From Oceanispirochaeta sp. (GTDB taxonomy: Bacteria; Spirochaetota; Spirochaetia; DSM-2461): DNA of 64,000 nucleotides. Numbering within the stretch: the first letter of the stretch is position 1; each line of letters starts with the position of its first letter. A program made the position numbers and the translations under genes. Shown one piece after another: positions 31,558 to 41,622 of the stretch. The notes below the pieces were generated by a model. That model did not search any database. It had not been told where the DNA came from and worked only from the letters and a program-made list of their open reading frames with translations. Location: the NCBI GenBank assembly GCA_963666275.2, contig CAXXOA010000002.1, forward strand, positions 704,001-768,000. The letters are read 5' to 3'.

Positions 31558-32568
31558 TCAGTAATCGGGTTTGCCGAAGAAATAGGTTCCGTAAAAACTT
31601 CCCACAGCCACATAGTTCTCCCCGATCACAGGGGAATCCAGCCAGTCCTCGTCAAAGACAATCTCCTTTTCCAGGGAAGGTTTCAGGGGATTGCTTATAT
31701 CGTAGAAGACCAGGGCCGGTTCGTTTTTATCTATGGAACCATTGGCCAGACAGAGAAGATTCCCCTGTACATCGAAGTCGAACTTTTTCATATCAGGATC
31801 CCAGACCTTTTCCTTTACGGGATGGGAGGGATCGCTTATGTCAATCATCATGATTTTCCGGTCTTCCGTTTGGCCGTAAAGAACATCATTGGCAGTTTTC
31901 AATCCCCCCGAGCTGATCCATATGTTGAAATCGTAAACCCCTGAGACCTGGGGGGTGGCCGGGTCTGTCAGGTCTATCACTGTCAGGTTGCCTGAGTCGT
32001 CGGTGATGTAAAAATAATCATCCAAAAGCAGTGAGGCTCCGTTATATAAGCCCAGAGTTATACCTGTTTCAGCTGCTTTCACAGGAGCTGATCTGGATGA
32101 AATGTCCATGACAATCACTTTGCTTTCAGAATCATTGAGGTATAGAAGATAGTCTCCGGATAGTTTTTCCAGAGGTCCGAATGTAGACATGGGATCTAAA
32201 AGCACTGTTTCCGAAAGGACTGTGATGTTATCAGGATCCGAAAGGTCTATAATTGTCAGTATATCTGGGTCTTTCAGAAGATAGAGGTCATCGCCGTCAA
32301 ACTCCATATAACAGTTTTGTGAGTAAGTTGTTATTCCCTGGTCGATAAAATCCAGGGAGCCCAGGTGTTTCGGTGCACCGGGTTTATCCAGATCATAGAG
32401 TTCCACCCCCTGCCAGCTATTGTCAAAGGCCGCATAATTCCTCTTGTTGTTGAAACTCAGCTCTTCAATAAAGGACAGGGCTAAATCCTCTGTCAGATTC
32501 CAGAATGAGCAGGATCCCAGAAAAAGCGATGTTGTCAGAATCAGTATAAAGAATGATATTTTTCTCAT
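31558..32568 (-). CDS. LVIVD-repeat beta-propeller lipoprotein
   Basis: Lipobox LGSC; repeats LTIIDLSDP, LTVIDLTDP, MIDISDPSHP, FYDISNPLKP; ATG 32568 overlaps upstream stop. Confidence 0.75.
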   Translation of the reverse strand: MRKISFFILILTTSLFLGSCSFWNLTEDLALSFIEELSFNNKRNYAAFDNSWQGVELYDLDKPGAPKHLGSLDFIDQGITTYSQNCYMEFDGDDLYLLKDPDILTIIDLSDPDNITVLSETVLLDPMSTFGPLEKLSGDYLLYLNDSESKVIVMDISSRSAPVKAAETGITLGLYNGASLLLDDYFYITDDSGNLTVIDLTDPATPQVSGVYDFNIWISSGGLKTANDVLYGQTEDRKIMMIDISDPSHPVKEKVWDPDMKKFDFDVQGNLLCLANGSIDKNEPALVFYDISNPLKPSLEKEIVFDEDWLDSPVIGENYVAVGSFYGTYFFGKPDY

Positions 32569-33737
32569 AAATAGAACCCTCCTCCCAGCTGGAGCTGTAT
32601 GGCCGACTCCCATCCCAGGGACCACTGGTCCAGTGCCACATCCATTTCTCCGAATATCCGGAATCGGGGAAGGATCTTGAATTCTCCTCCCAGGCCCAGT
32701 CCGTAGCTGTCCAGATATTCCCAATCCAGATCCGTTCGGAGTATAAACTCACCGTCGTACCTGACCAGAGGATCTATCCTGTAAAATGCCAGACCATAGG
32801 GGCGGAGCCTTTTCCGTTCATCATAGTAGATATAGCCCCCTGTCCGGAAAGATATAGGGTAGTGGATAAACAGGGGAGAAAGCATACTGACCGTTGTTCC
32901 CAATCCCAGCTCGGCAAACCACCAGCTGGGCAGGATGTAATACGTTCCATACAGGTTTATCATAGATCCGCCTCCGGAAGAGGCTTTCACTGCAAACCGG
33001 GTCAGTTCTTTCTGTTCCATTACGGCATGAATGTTCTGCTCATTATCCATAAAGATCGTTTCGTTATAGGGATAGTATCCCTCTTTCGTAACTTTGACTT
33101 TCACCTCGGCATAGCGGTTCAGGCTTTTTGTCAGAGAATCATCTTCGCCTATGATTCCCACAGCTTCACCGTCAATATAGACCCGGACATCGGGCTGATC
33201 ACTTGTGACATTCAGAGGGACATACTCCTCGTACTTGAACACAGCGCTTTTCTCGACAAGTTGGCCTGTAAAGTTCTGGGTCAGCTGTCCTCCAATCGCT
33301 TTAATCGAATCCACAAGCTGATCCATATTTTCGTAAATCTTATAATAGGATCCCAGAATTTCCGTAGTGGAGACATCTACTGCCTTCAGATCAATGGAAA
33401 GGACCGATCCGATCTGGTCGACAGATCCCATGATCATCACATCCGCAGACAGCATCTTTCCGATCTCTACCGCCGAGTTTTCGTCACTCAGACCGCTCAG
33501 GGAGAATTTGATTTCATCCACCACCTGTTCCCGTCTGCCCCTGTCAATTACCACCACCAGCTCGGTATCTTCGATAGATGAGCTGAGAAGGCTGGTTATT
33601 CCCTTTAATTCCGCGGCTGTTCCGCCGTTTCCTGTCAGTTCCAGTACCGCTACTACAGATTTTTCCTCTTCTGCTGAAAGGGCAAATGCTGAAAGCAGGC
33701 ATAGGAACAGAGTGGGAAGGATCTTCTGCCTTGCCAT
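32565..33737 (-). CDS. Secreted CsgG/HfaB-like plus PEGA domain protein, likely C-terminal beta-barrel
   Basis: Signal peptide; VAVLEL...IDR...AVEIGKMLSAD...GSV; PEGA-like VRVYIDGEAVG...KEGY; aromatic C-terminus GGGFYL. Confidence 0.7.
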   Translation of the reverse strand: MARQKILPTLFLCLLSAFALSAEEEKSVVAVLELTGNGGTAAELKGITSLLSSSIEDTELVVVIDRGRREQVVDEIKFSLSGLSDENSAVEIGKMLSADVMIMGSVDQIGSVLSIDLKAVDVSTTEILGSYYKIYENMDQLVDSIKAIGGQLTQNFTGQLVEKSAVFKYEEYVPLNVTSDQPDVRVYIDGEAVGIIGEDDSLTKSLNRYAEVKVKVTKEGYYPYNETIFMDNEQNIHAVMEQKELTRFAVKASSGGGSMINLYGTYYILPSWWFAELGLGTTVSMLSPLFIHYPISFRTGGYIYYDERKRLRPYGLAFYRIDPLVRYDGEFILRTDLDWEYLDSYGLGLGGEFKILPRFRIFGEMDVALDQWSLGWESAIQLQLGGGFYL

Positions 33738-33925
33738 GTTGTCTCCCGTAAAAATCATGAGGTTGAATATTTAAATGATCCGGAGGATTAAATAATTTCC
33801 TTTTATTAATTGGCCTTTTAAATATTTATTTATTTTTATCAATCTATTCTGTTTCTGTAAAGAAGGATAGCTGACTTTCAGATCCTCCGGTTTCTGCAGA
33901 AAATTCCACTTTGTGGGACCCTCCA

Positions 33926-33954
33926 TTGACATTTCCCTGTAATAAGCCTATAGT
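33926..33954 (+). promoter_or_regulatory. Sigma70 promoter of the RRM gene
   Basis: TTGACA-N17-TATAGT. Confidence 0.75.
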
Positions 33955-34114
33955 TTTATTCAACAGTTTGATATTTTTATATGTAGAAACGTTATATTGT
34001 TTTCATTGTGATCCATTCTTTTGTTTCCTGTCTTCAATTTCCGGTTCCCACAGTTCAATAATCATTCCGTGAAATTAATTTAATACCGGAAAAAATTCCG
34101 GAACAGGAGACATT

Positions 34115-34384
34115 ATGTCCAAGAAAATTTATGTAGGTAACCTTAGCTGGAATACCACCGAAAACGATCTGAGCAGCCTTTTCGCACAGTACGGAGAAGT
34201 AATCTCTGTAAACATCATTACTGACAGAGACACAAACCGTTCAAAAGGTTTTGGTTTTATCGAAATGGCTGATGATGATGCAGCAGCTGCCGCAATTTCA
34301 ACTTTCAACGGTACAGAACTTGACGGTCGTAACCTGAGAGTCAATGAAGCTGAGAATAGAGAGAGAAGCAACAGACGCTACTAA
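34115..34384 (+). CDS. RRM RNA-binding protein (Rbp family)
   Basis: RNP2 IYVGNL, RNP1 KGFGFIEM. Confidence 0.95.
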   Translation: MSKKIYVGNLSWNTTENDLSSLFAQYGEVISVNIITDRDTNRSKGFGFIEMADDDAAAAAISTFNGTELDGRNLRVNEAENRERSNRRY

Positions 34385-34400
34385 GCGTTTCTTCTCTGTA

Positions 34401-34438
34401 AAAAAAGAAAGGATCGGTTACGATCCTTCTTTTTTTTA
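34401..34438 (+). terminator. Rho-independent terminator
   Basis: AGGATCG-GTTA-CGATCCT hairpin plus T-run, A-run upstream. Confidence 0.7.
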
Positions 34439-34466
34439 TACTTAAACTCTGTTCAGGGAGCCGAAA

Positions 34467-34673
34467 TTGGCAAAACATAGATACTCAGCTGACAAACGTC
34501 AAAAAGAAATAAAGAGACAGAAAGCCCAGCAGGCAAAAAAAATGCGCCGGGAACTGAAAGGAACCCCTGAAGCTGAAAGGGATGAGCAGTCCCTGATAAA
34601 CGAATATCTGGGACTTCCTCCTGAACCGGAACCGTCAGAAGATGAAGAGGATCAGGATCTGGAGCAGGAATAG
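34467..34673 (+). CDS. Small basic/acidic hypothetical protein
   Basis: TTG start after GGGAG; MAKHRYSADKRQKEIKRQK then acidic tail. Confidence 0.6.
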   Translation: MAKHRYSADKRQKEIKRQKAQQAKKMRRELKGTPEAERDEQSLINEYLGLPPEPEPSEDEEDQDLEQE

Positions 34674-34886
34674 AGAAAAATTGACAGAATTTGTTTTCAG
34701 TCAGATTTCATATGATTCTTTTCAGCCCTTATCCCTCATCAGTCATGATCATTGATGTGCCGGGAGCAGGAATCGCTGTTTTATATCCCCTTCCAAATCG
34801 AAAGTCATCCCCTGTATAATTTTCCTGATAGAAGCCGTAAAACTTATTTGTGGTTATACTTTAGTATGCTAAAAACAGGGGAGAAC

Positions 34887-35339
34887 ATGATGAAAATCTG
34901 GGTCGATGCAGACGCCTGTCCCGTGGCGATAAAAGAGATCCTGTTCAGATGTGCCGACCGCAGGAATATTTCCGTTATACTTGTGGCAAATCAGACTTTG
35001 AAAATACCGAAATCACCCTACATCTCTTTCAAAAAAGTTGCCGCCGGGTTTGATGTGGCAGATAACGAAATTGTCAAACAGATGTCTCCGGGGGATCTGG
35101 TTATTACCGCCGATATTCCTCTGGCTTCCGAGGTGATCGATGAAGGGGGAATGGCGTTGAATCCCAGGGGCGAACTTTATACCAGCGAAAATGTAAAATC
35201 CCGTCTGGCCATGCGAAACCTGATGGATACTCTCCGTTCGGGGGGAATGGACACGGGAGGTCCCGCCGCACTGAATAAAAAAGATATCCAGGCATTTGCC
35301 AATCAGCTGGACCGCTGGTTAACAAAAAATCTGAAATAG
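34887..35339 (+). CDS. yaiI: YaiI/YqxD (UPF0178) family protein
   Basis: [30 protein letters not shown]. Confidence 0.92.
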   Translation: MMKIWVDADACPVAIKEILFRCADRRNISVILVANQTLKIPKSPYISFKKVAAGFDVADNEIVKQMSPGDLVITADIPLASEVIDEGGMALNPRGELYTSENVKSRLAMRNLMDTLRSGGMDTGGPAALNKKDIQAFANQLDRWLTKNLK

Positions 35340-35491
35340 CGTTTTCACCTTTTCGGATTACACACTCTTCCATTCAAAACCCCGGGACGGTAAGCTTACC
35401 GGTTCTACTGAACCGGCTATGGCCTGTTCTTATTGAACTCTATTAAAGGTTAATCATCCACCGAAGTGGGATCTCCGGAAAATGTTTCTGC

Positions 35492-35508
35492 CATAAGCTT
35501 CTCTTATG
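35492..35508. promoter_or_regulatory. LysR-type binding box
   Basis: CATAAG-CTTCT-CTTATG palindrome containing T-N11-A, upstream of the reductase; LysR gene follows the reductase. Confidence 0.6.
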
Positions 35509-35652
35509 AAGAGATAAAAAAAACTCGTTTTATCCGTTCAATAATTATCGATATAATAATACTGAAAATACCTAAGCCTCCCGGACTTCCGAATCTTTTA
35601 TCGCTCTATTTCATACGGGAGTCCGGGCTGCGGCGGTTAAATGGAGTATAAA

Positions 35653-38007
35653 ATGATAAATAAAACAGGAAAACCCATTCGGGCGGGACTCATGGTCCTG
35701 GTTCTTCTGCTGGCCCTGGCAGGGTGCGGAATAAAAGCCGGCAACTTCACAGACGGATCCTTTTCCGGCAGTGAAAAAGGTTACGGCGGAGATGTGACTG
35801 TGGTCCTTACAGTTTCAGGCGGGAAAATTAAAAACGTCGATATTTCCGGCGATAAAGAAACCCCCTCTGTGGGACAGGCTGCTTTTGATAAACTTGCCGC
35901 CTCCATACTGGATAGTCAGAGTGCGGATATTGAGGCTGTTTCCGGAGCATCTTTCACAAGTAAAGCTGTTATCGGTGCTGCCGAAAAAGCTGTTGCTGCT
36001 GCAAAAGGGATCTCAGCGGAAGCCATTGAGCCCGTATCCATGGCAGATGGAACCTATACGGCGGAAACCTGGTCTTTCTCTCCGAACTTTCCCCTGCAGG
36101 TCAGTGTAGAGGTCAGTGATAATAAATTCACAGGAATTGAAATTATCGGGGGGAACGATACCAAACCGATCCTTCAGAGTGCCATTGATCTTCTGATTCC
36201 CAGAATGATTGAAAACCAGTCTGTTACTGTTGATTCCATAACAGGCGCCACAACTTCCAGTAATGGTATCAAGGCGGCAACAGAAGACTGTCTTGTTCAG
36301 GCTATTCAGGCCGCAGGCGGCGATGTCAAATCTGTCAAAGCCTTCTATGTGAATGCGGATAAGAAAAGCGAGACCCTTCAGATCGAGACAGATGTCCTGG
36401 TTGTGGGAATGGGCGGTTCGGGAATTGCCACCGCTGTCCGTGCTGCTGAAGAACTCTATGCTGCCAATGGAAACAACCCGGAAGCCGTCAATGTACTTGG
36501 GATCGACAAAGCCGGTAAATACGGCGGAACCAGTGCTGTGACCTCTTCTCCCATGTCAATCAATCCGCCTTCCTTTGTAGCGTCCAATGGCGGTAAGGAT
36601 TATGTGGATGTGGATGTGCTGAAGGCAGCCTGGATTGATTATACCGAAGGGGATGCCAAAGAGTGGTCTATCGATTACATGATGAACGAATCGGGCAACG
36701 CCACCGACTGGCTGATGGAACGGGGATTTGATTTCGGAGCACCTATGCAGGGCCTTTCTGAACCTTATGAAGCTGTTGTCGCTTACGGCGGACAGTTTGG
36801 AATCAAGAAAGAAATTGTTGCCGGGTATTTTGATACCATCATGGAGCTCTACGCTGAAATCGGCGGAGAGTATATGCTTGAAACTTCCGCTACCGATCTG
36901 CTTACCGATGCTTCCGGGAATGTAACAGGTGTTCTGGCAGAGAATGCGGACGGAACAAAATACGAAATCCATGCGAAGAGTGTTGTTCTGGCAACAGGCG
37001 GTTTTGCGGGAAGTGGTGAGATGACCAACCGCTATCTCTCTACAGAGTATTATCCTCTGACCGGAGAGGCCTACAATCATTACGGTATGCGTCAGAATGA
37101 CGGAGCCATGATTCAGGCTGCCATTGATAAGGGAGCGGCCACCTATAACATCGGAGTTCCTCCCATAAGCCATATCGGCGGGGCTGCCGCGATCATGCAT
37201 GAGTACGAAGTAACCCCCATTGAAGGTTCCTTTGACCTCTGGACAGGACGGGAAGCAACCAGATCTCTTAACGATATTCCCATGATGATGGCTGTGGCTC
37301 CCAATGCTATGGCTGTAAACAGTGCCGGAGTCCGTTTTGTTGATGAAACATCCCTTGGTTCTTATGGAAACTGGCAGGCCGGTCCCCGGTTCTACACCAT
37401 ATGGTCCAATGAAATGATCGATGAGATTAAAGAGACTGGACTGCGTTTCGATTCAAACGGTCTGTTTGTCAATCAGGGAGGATGGCCTATCAATACTCCT
37501 GTCGAGAATGTCTATGAAGTCCTGGATAAAGCCGTCAGTCATGGTATTGCTGTGAAAGCCGACTCTCTCTCCGCTCTGGCGGAATCTCTGGAGATGGATC
37601 CCGCAGTACTGGAAACCACAGTGGAAAACTACAATGTCTACTGTGACAGCAGGGAAAATCCAGCCGACGGAATCACAAAAAGTTCTGTTGTTTATGGTCT
37701 GTCGGGAATGCCCATTGATAATACAAACAGCACCTTTGAAAAAGTGGAAGGTGATGGTCCCTATTATGCCGTCATCGGATCCCCCTGTGTCTACTCCACC
37801 ACCGGTGGTCTGGACATCAATGAGAAGTTTCAGGTTCTGGGCAAGGACGGCAGCGTTATCAATGGTCTCTATGCTGTAGGAACCGATTCTATCGGTGTTA
37901 TGCTGACAGAGAAGAAAGAGTATGTCGCCTATGGCGGCGCCGCACAGGGCTGGGCTTTTACTTCAGGTTATCTGGCTGGTGCTATCGTAGCAGATGCCGT
38001 AAAATAG
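35653..38007 (+). CDS. Lipoprotein flavin reductase: two FMN-binding domains plus FAD-binding (flavocytochrome c-like) domain
   Basis: Lipobox LAGC; flavinylation motifs VSGAS and ITGAT; VVGMGGSG; VLATGGF; GLYAVG. Confidence 0.88.
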   Translation: MINKTGKPIRAGLMVLVLLLALAGCGIKAGNFTDGSFSGSEKGYGGDVTVVLTVSGGKIKNVDISGDKETPSVGQAAFDKLAASILDSQSADIEAVSGASFTSKAVIGAAEKAVAAAKGISAEAIEPVSMADGTYTAETWSFSPNFPLQVSVEVSDNKFTGIEIIGGNDTKPILQSAIDLLIPRMIENQSVTVDSITGATTSSNGIKAATEDCLVQAIQAAGGDVKSVKAFYVNADKKSETLQIETDVLVVGMGGSGIATAVRAAEELYAANGNNPEAVNVLGIDKAGKYGGTSAVTSSPMSINPPSFVASNGGKDYVDVDVLKAAWIDYTEGDAKEWSIDYMMNESGNATDWLMERGFDFGAPMQGLSEPYEAVVAYGGQFGIKKEIVAGYFDTIMELYAEIGGEYMLETSATDLLTDASGNVTGVLAENADGTKYEIHAKSVVLATGGFAGSGEMTNRYLSTEYYPLTGEAYNHYGMRQNDGAMIQAAIDKGAATYNIGVPPISHIGGAAAIMHEYEVTPIEGSFDLWTGREATRSLNDIPMMMAVAPNAMAVNSAGVRFVDETSLGSYGNWQAGPRFYTIWSNEMIDEIKETGLRFDSNGLFVNQGGWPINTPVENVYEVLDKAVSHGIAVKADSLSALAESLEMDPAVLETTVENYNVYCDSRENPADGITKSSVVYGLSGMPIDNTNSTFEKVEGDGPYYAVIGSPCVYSTTGGLDINEKFQVLGKDGSVINGLYAVGTDSIGVMLTEKKEYVAYGGAAQGWAFTSGYLAGAIVADAVK

Positions 38008-38034
38008 CTCTCCTTCTGATAAAAATACATCAGG

Positions 38035-38073
38035 AAAACCCATACCGGTTTCAACCCGGTATGGGTTTTTTTT
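38035..38073 (+). terminator. Rho-independent terminator
   Basis: AAAACCCATACCGG-loop-CCGGTATGGGTTTT plus T-run. Confidence 0.85.
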
Positions 38074-38116
38074 GGTATTTGCTGTAGTTTATGTACCTAT
38101 CAGAGGGAGATTCATT

Positions 38117-39007
38117 ATGGATATGGTCGGTTTAAAGTACTTTATCAGTGCCGCAAAACAACTCAATTTTACCAAAGCCGCCGATGAGTGCTGTATCACC
38201 CAGACCGCTATGAGCCTCCATATTGCCAAAATAGAGAAAGAACTGGGATTCAAACTGTTTAACAGGAACCGACGCTCCGTTTCCCTCACACCGGGAGGAG
38301 CTGTATTCCTGAGGGAAGCGGAAAAAATCCTGAGACAGTATACAGAAGCGGTCCAGAGGAGCGGCAGTGCGGCAGTGGGGCACGAAGGGGTCCTCCGGCT
38401 GGGGTTTACCAACTTTATCGAAAGGGCTTTTTTTCCCGAGCTGATCGGCCGGTTTCATACCCTCTATCCCCGTATTGAAATTGTATTGAACAAGAATGAG
38501 CAGCCCTCTCTGATACAGGATCTGAAGCAGGGACTGAACGATGTTTCGGTTGTTTTTCCCTATAACGTGGAAGACGATGATGAAATCTGTGTAGAAACCT
38601 TCTGCTCCTACGATATCTGTGCAGTGGTAGGACAGGATCACCCCTTCTCCGGAAAAGGGGAAATCTCGCTGACTGAGCTTCAGAATGATCCCGTCATTAT
38701 CAGTACCGGGACCAAGCTGCCCATGGTTCATAAGAGGATGCACCGGGACTGGCTTAACAATCATTTCTCTCCTGACAAAGTCATAGAAGCGGACAGTGCG
38801 GACGCCATGCTCTTCCTGGTGGAGGCCGGTTTCGGAAGTGCTCTGATGCCATCCTGCGTCAGGCAGGTTCAGAATGAAAAGCTGAAAGTCCTGGATCTGA
38901 AGGGTGCGCCATTTAAAATCGATATGGCCGTCGCCTATATCCGGGAGAGTGAAAATCCCGCATTGGAGCTTTTTCTGACAGCTTTGAAAGAGTATCTGAA
39001 GGAATAG
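38117..39007 (+). CDS. LysR-family transcriptional regulator
   Basis: LNFTKAADECCITQTAMSLHIAKIEKELGFKLFNR. Confidence 0.93.
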   Translation: MDMVGLKYFISAAKQLNFTKAADECCITQTAMSLHIAKIEKELGFKLFNRNRRSVSLTPGGAVFLREAEKILRQYTEAVQRSGSAAVGHEGVLRLGFTNFIERAFFPELIGRFHTLYPRIEIVLNKNEQPSLIQDLKQGLNDVSVVFPYNVEDDDEICVETFCSYDICAVVGQDHPFSGKGEISLTELQNDPVIISTGTKLPMVHKRMHRDWLNNHFSPDKVIEADSADAMLFLVEAGFGSALMPSCVRQVQNEKLKVLDLKGAPFKIDMAVAYIRESENPALELFLTALKEYLKE

Positions 39008-39100
39008 GGTTTCCGGGGAATGCCGTTTCAAAAGGGGCCCGGGTAATTCAAAAATCGCTCACAGCACAATGAGATAAAACCTCTCTTTTTGTATTATCTG

Positions 39101-39144
39101 TTGACAAGGGCCGGACAAAATATATAGAAATGTAGATATATCTA
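39101..39144 (+). promoter_or_regulatory. Promoter with palindromic operator
   Basis: TTGACA at 39101; perfect palindrome TAGATATATCTA at 39133-39144 (ArsR/SmtB-like by inference). Confidence 0.5.
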
Positions 39145-39184
39145 AAACAATATATAATTATAGTTATATTTCTGGAGCTCATAC

Positions 39185-40672
39185 ATGAAACTGTTTTTTA
39201 ACCCCCTGACAGCCAAACCAACCTACAATGTCCGGGCCCAAAGAACCTTTACTGTCATTCGAAAGTACTCTTTTCTCTTCACCCTGCTTGTCGCTTTAGC
39301 CGGCCAGTTGGAACCGAAACTGGGATTGCTGGTTATTCCCGTGATGATCGGATTAATCCTGGCCTCTTTCTTCAAGGGGCGCTACTGGTGCGGAAACATC
39401 TGTGCTCATGGAAGCCTGTTTGATTCCTTTCTGTTTCCTCTCAGCCGAAATGGAAAAATTCCCCGGTTTCTGGGATGGGCCATTGTTTCCGTGATGGTAC
39501 TAGCATGGTTCGGCTTCCGCATGGGATCCGGGTTTGTCCGGGCTTCCGGATTTTATGGAACCCCCGGATTCTGGGACAGAATGGGTATGGTTTTTGTCAA
39601 CAGCTATATGATGGTGGTTATCGCCGGTTCTGTTCTCGGACTTGTTGTGAGCCCCAGAACCTGGTGCAATTTCTGCCCCATGGGAGCCATGCAGAAGGTT
39701 TCCCACTTTCTGGGCAGAAAGGCCAAGGTCACCTCTTCCACAGAAGAAAAGGTGACCATTTCCAATACCCGGGAGTGCCACAAGTGCGGAAAGTGCGCCA
39801 GAGTCTGTCCCATGCAGCTCTCTCCTTATGACAGTTTTAATTCGAAAAACCAGCTGGATAATGTTAACTGTCTGAAATGTTCCACCTGTGTTGTCCATTG
39901 TCCAGCCGGAATTCTTACCCTGGCAAATGAGAAAACAGCGGACTTTATTTTCAGAAAGGTGAAAAAGGAAGCGGGAAAAGACAGAAAGCGTTTTGAAACC
40001 ACTGTCTATAAAGTAACTCAGCTTAAAGAGGATGTAAAAGAGTTTATCTTCCAGCTGACGGACGATAGCATCCGGTTCACTCCCGGCCAGTTTATCCTGG
40101 TGAGAATCGAAGAAAAACCCGAGATGTTCCGGGCTTTTTCTGTCTCCCGTTTTGATATAAACAGTAGACAGATAGGTGTGACTGTTAAAAAGGCTCCCGC
40201 CGGCTATGGTACGGATATTCTGTTCAACTCTTTCTCCGAAGGTATGACCGCAGTTCTGGAGGGACCGATCGGAGATGAACTGGTGATCGATAAAGATTCC
40301 AGAAAAGCTGTCTTTGTGGGAGGAGGTATAGGTATTACTCCTTTCCTGCCTCTGGTTCAGGACGCTATTGAGAGGGATCATATTGAAGAGGTCAAACTGA
40401 TTTACGGGGTCAATAAAGAGGATGAGATCCTCTATGCCCGTGAATTTGAAAAGCTTGAAAAAGAGAGCAGCAAGTTCGAATTTATCCGGGTTGTCGCTTT
40501 TGATGAAAACTGGAAAGGTGAGAAAGGCTTTGTGACCAATGTCATGGAGAAGCTTGATCTGAAAGACAATGTGATCTATATGTGCGGTCCCCCTCCCATG
40601 ATCAATGCCTCCAGGGCCAAACTGTCGGACCTCGGGATTGACGAAGAGAGGATCCGTTACGAAAGCGCCTGA
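39185..40672 (+). CDS. Membrane NapH/MauN-type 4Fe-4S protein fused to a ferredoxin-NAD(P) reductase domain
   Basis: TMs with GRYWCGNICAHG and RTWCNFCPMG, two CxxCxxCxxxCP, RAFS, GGGIGITP, YMCGPPPM. Confidence 0.85.
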   Translation: MKLFFNPLTAKPTYNVRAQRTFTVIRKYSFLFTLLVALAGQLEPKLGLLVIPVMIGLILASFFKGRYWCGNICAHGSLFDSFLFPLSRNGKIPRFLGWAIVSVMVLAWFGFRMGSGFVRASGFYGTPGFWDRMGMVFVNSYMMVVIAGSVLGLVVSPRTWCNFCPMGAMQKVSHFLGRKAKVTSSTEEKVTISNTRECHKCGKCARVCPMQLSPYDSFNSKNQLDNVNCLKCSTCVVHCPAGILTLANEKTADFIFRKVKKEAGKDRKRFETTVYKVTQLKEDVKEFIFQLTDDSIRFTPGQFILVRIEEKPEMFRAFSVSRFDINSRQIGVTVKKAPAGYGTDILFNSFSEGMTAVLEGPIGDELVIDKDSRKAVFVGGGIGITPFLPLVQDAIERDHIEEVKLIYGVNKEDEILYAREFEKLEKESSKFEFIRVVAFDENWKGEKGFVTNVMEKLDLKDNVIYMCGPPPMINASRAKLSDLGIDEERIRYESA

Positions 40673-40728
40673 TTCAGACTTTCTCTCAGGCAGATTCAGA
40701 GGAGACTCATGAATCTGCCGGGAGTTGA

Positions 40729-41622
40729 CTAATTCCCGAATATCCCCGCCTTCCTGTAGGCTCCGGGAGAGACTCCTCTGTATTTTTTAAATATTTTTGA
40801 GAAGTGGTGGCGGTCATAGAAACCCAGGGCCTCGGCAATGGATTCTATGGAGTCTTCCTTATGGTCCAGCCGGATGCAGGCCTCTTCAATTCTCCGGCCG
40901 TTTATGTACCGGCCGGGGCTCTGCCCCAGTTTTTCATGGAAAAGTTTTTCGAACCGGCTTACCGACAGGTTCGCCGCTGCTGCCAGATCCTCATTCCTGT
41001 AGGAAACAGAAAGATCCTCTTCGATAAGATTCAGAACTCTTGTTATCCTTGCATCATTGATCGGCAGTGTTTCCGCTCCCGCTAGAAACTGGCTGAGAGT
41101 AAACCCCAGGGCTGCGTGGATTCTCAGCTCCAGATCCAGGCTCGGGTACTCGGGGTCATGGGCTACATCCCGGCCGATACTGCTGAAAAAATCCTGCAGT
41201 TCCGGACTGACGGACATCTCTCTGACCTGATTCCGGATCGCATCGATCTGCGGTCCCAGATTGAAGTGGATAAAAAGATGATCCATCCTTTCCCGGTCCT
41301 CCCTGTATCTGCCTCGGGGTTCCCCTATAAGTTCATAGACCTTCTTCAGATCTGGCGATACGTTATACTCTCCGGTAAAATCTGTCTCCGGCGCAATAAG
41401 AAGGACCTTTTCAGGGCCCAGGCTGTAGGGCAGTCCTTTATGATGAACAGTTCCGCAATGTCTTCTGTTCCAGTAAAGGCGCCAGTAGGGAGACTTCTGG
41501 TGAGAAATATTCCACATCTGAAAAGACCACTCCCGGCAGCAGTGAATCCGGAGAGACAAGGCTGAAAAGTGCTGTTTCAGGGGAGAAGGGTCTCCGCTAT
41601 GGGGATTATTCCGCAATCGCAT
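40729..41622 (-). CDS. AraC-family transcriptional regulator
   Basis: SIAEALGFYDRHHFSKIFKKYRGVSPG; divergent from isomerase. Confidence 0.9.
   Translation of the reverse strand: MRLRNNPHSGDPSPLKQHFSALSLRIHCCREWSFQMWNISHQKSPYWRLYWNRRHCGTVHHKGLPYSLGPEKVLLIAPETDFTGEYNVSPDLKKVYELIGEPRGRYREDRERMDHLFIHFNLGPQIDAIRNQVREMSVSPELQDFFSSIGRDVAHDPEYPSLDLELRIHAALGFTLSQFLAGAETLPINDARITRVLNLIEEDLSVSYRNEDLAAAANLSVSRFEKLFHEKLGQSPGRYINGRRIEEACIRLDHKEDSIESIAEALGFYDRHHFSKIFKKYRGVSPGAYRKAGIFGN

Noticed and set aside
38132..40381. Long antisense ORFs (299 aa and 293 aa), and similar ones such as 57977-58822 and 13566-14336
   Set aside because: Shadows of clear sense-strand genes
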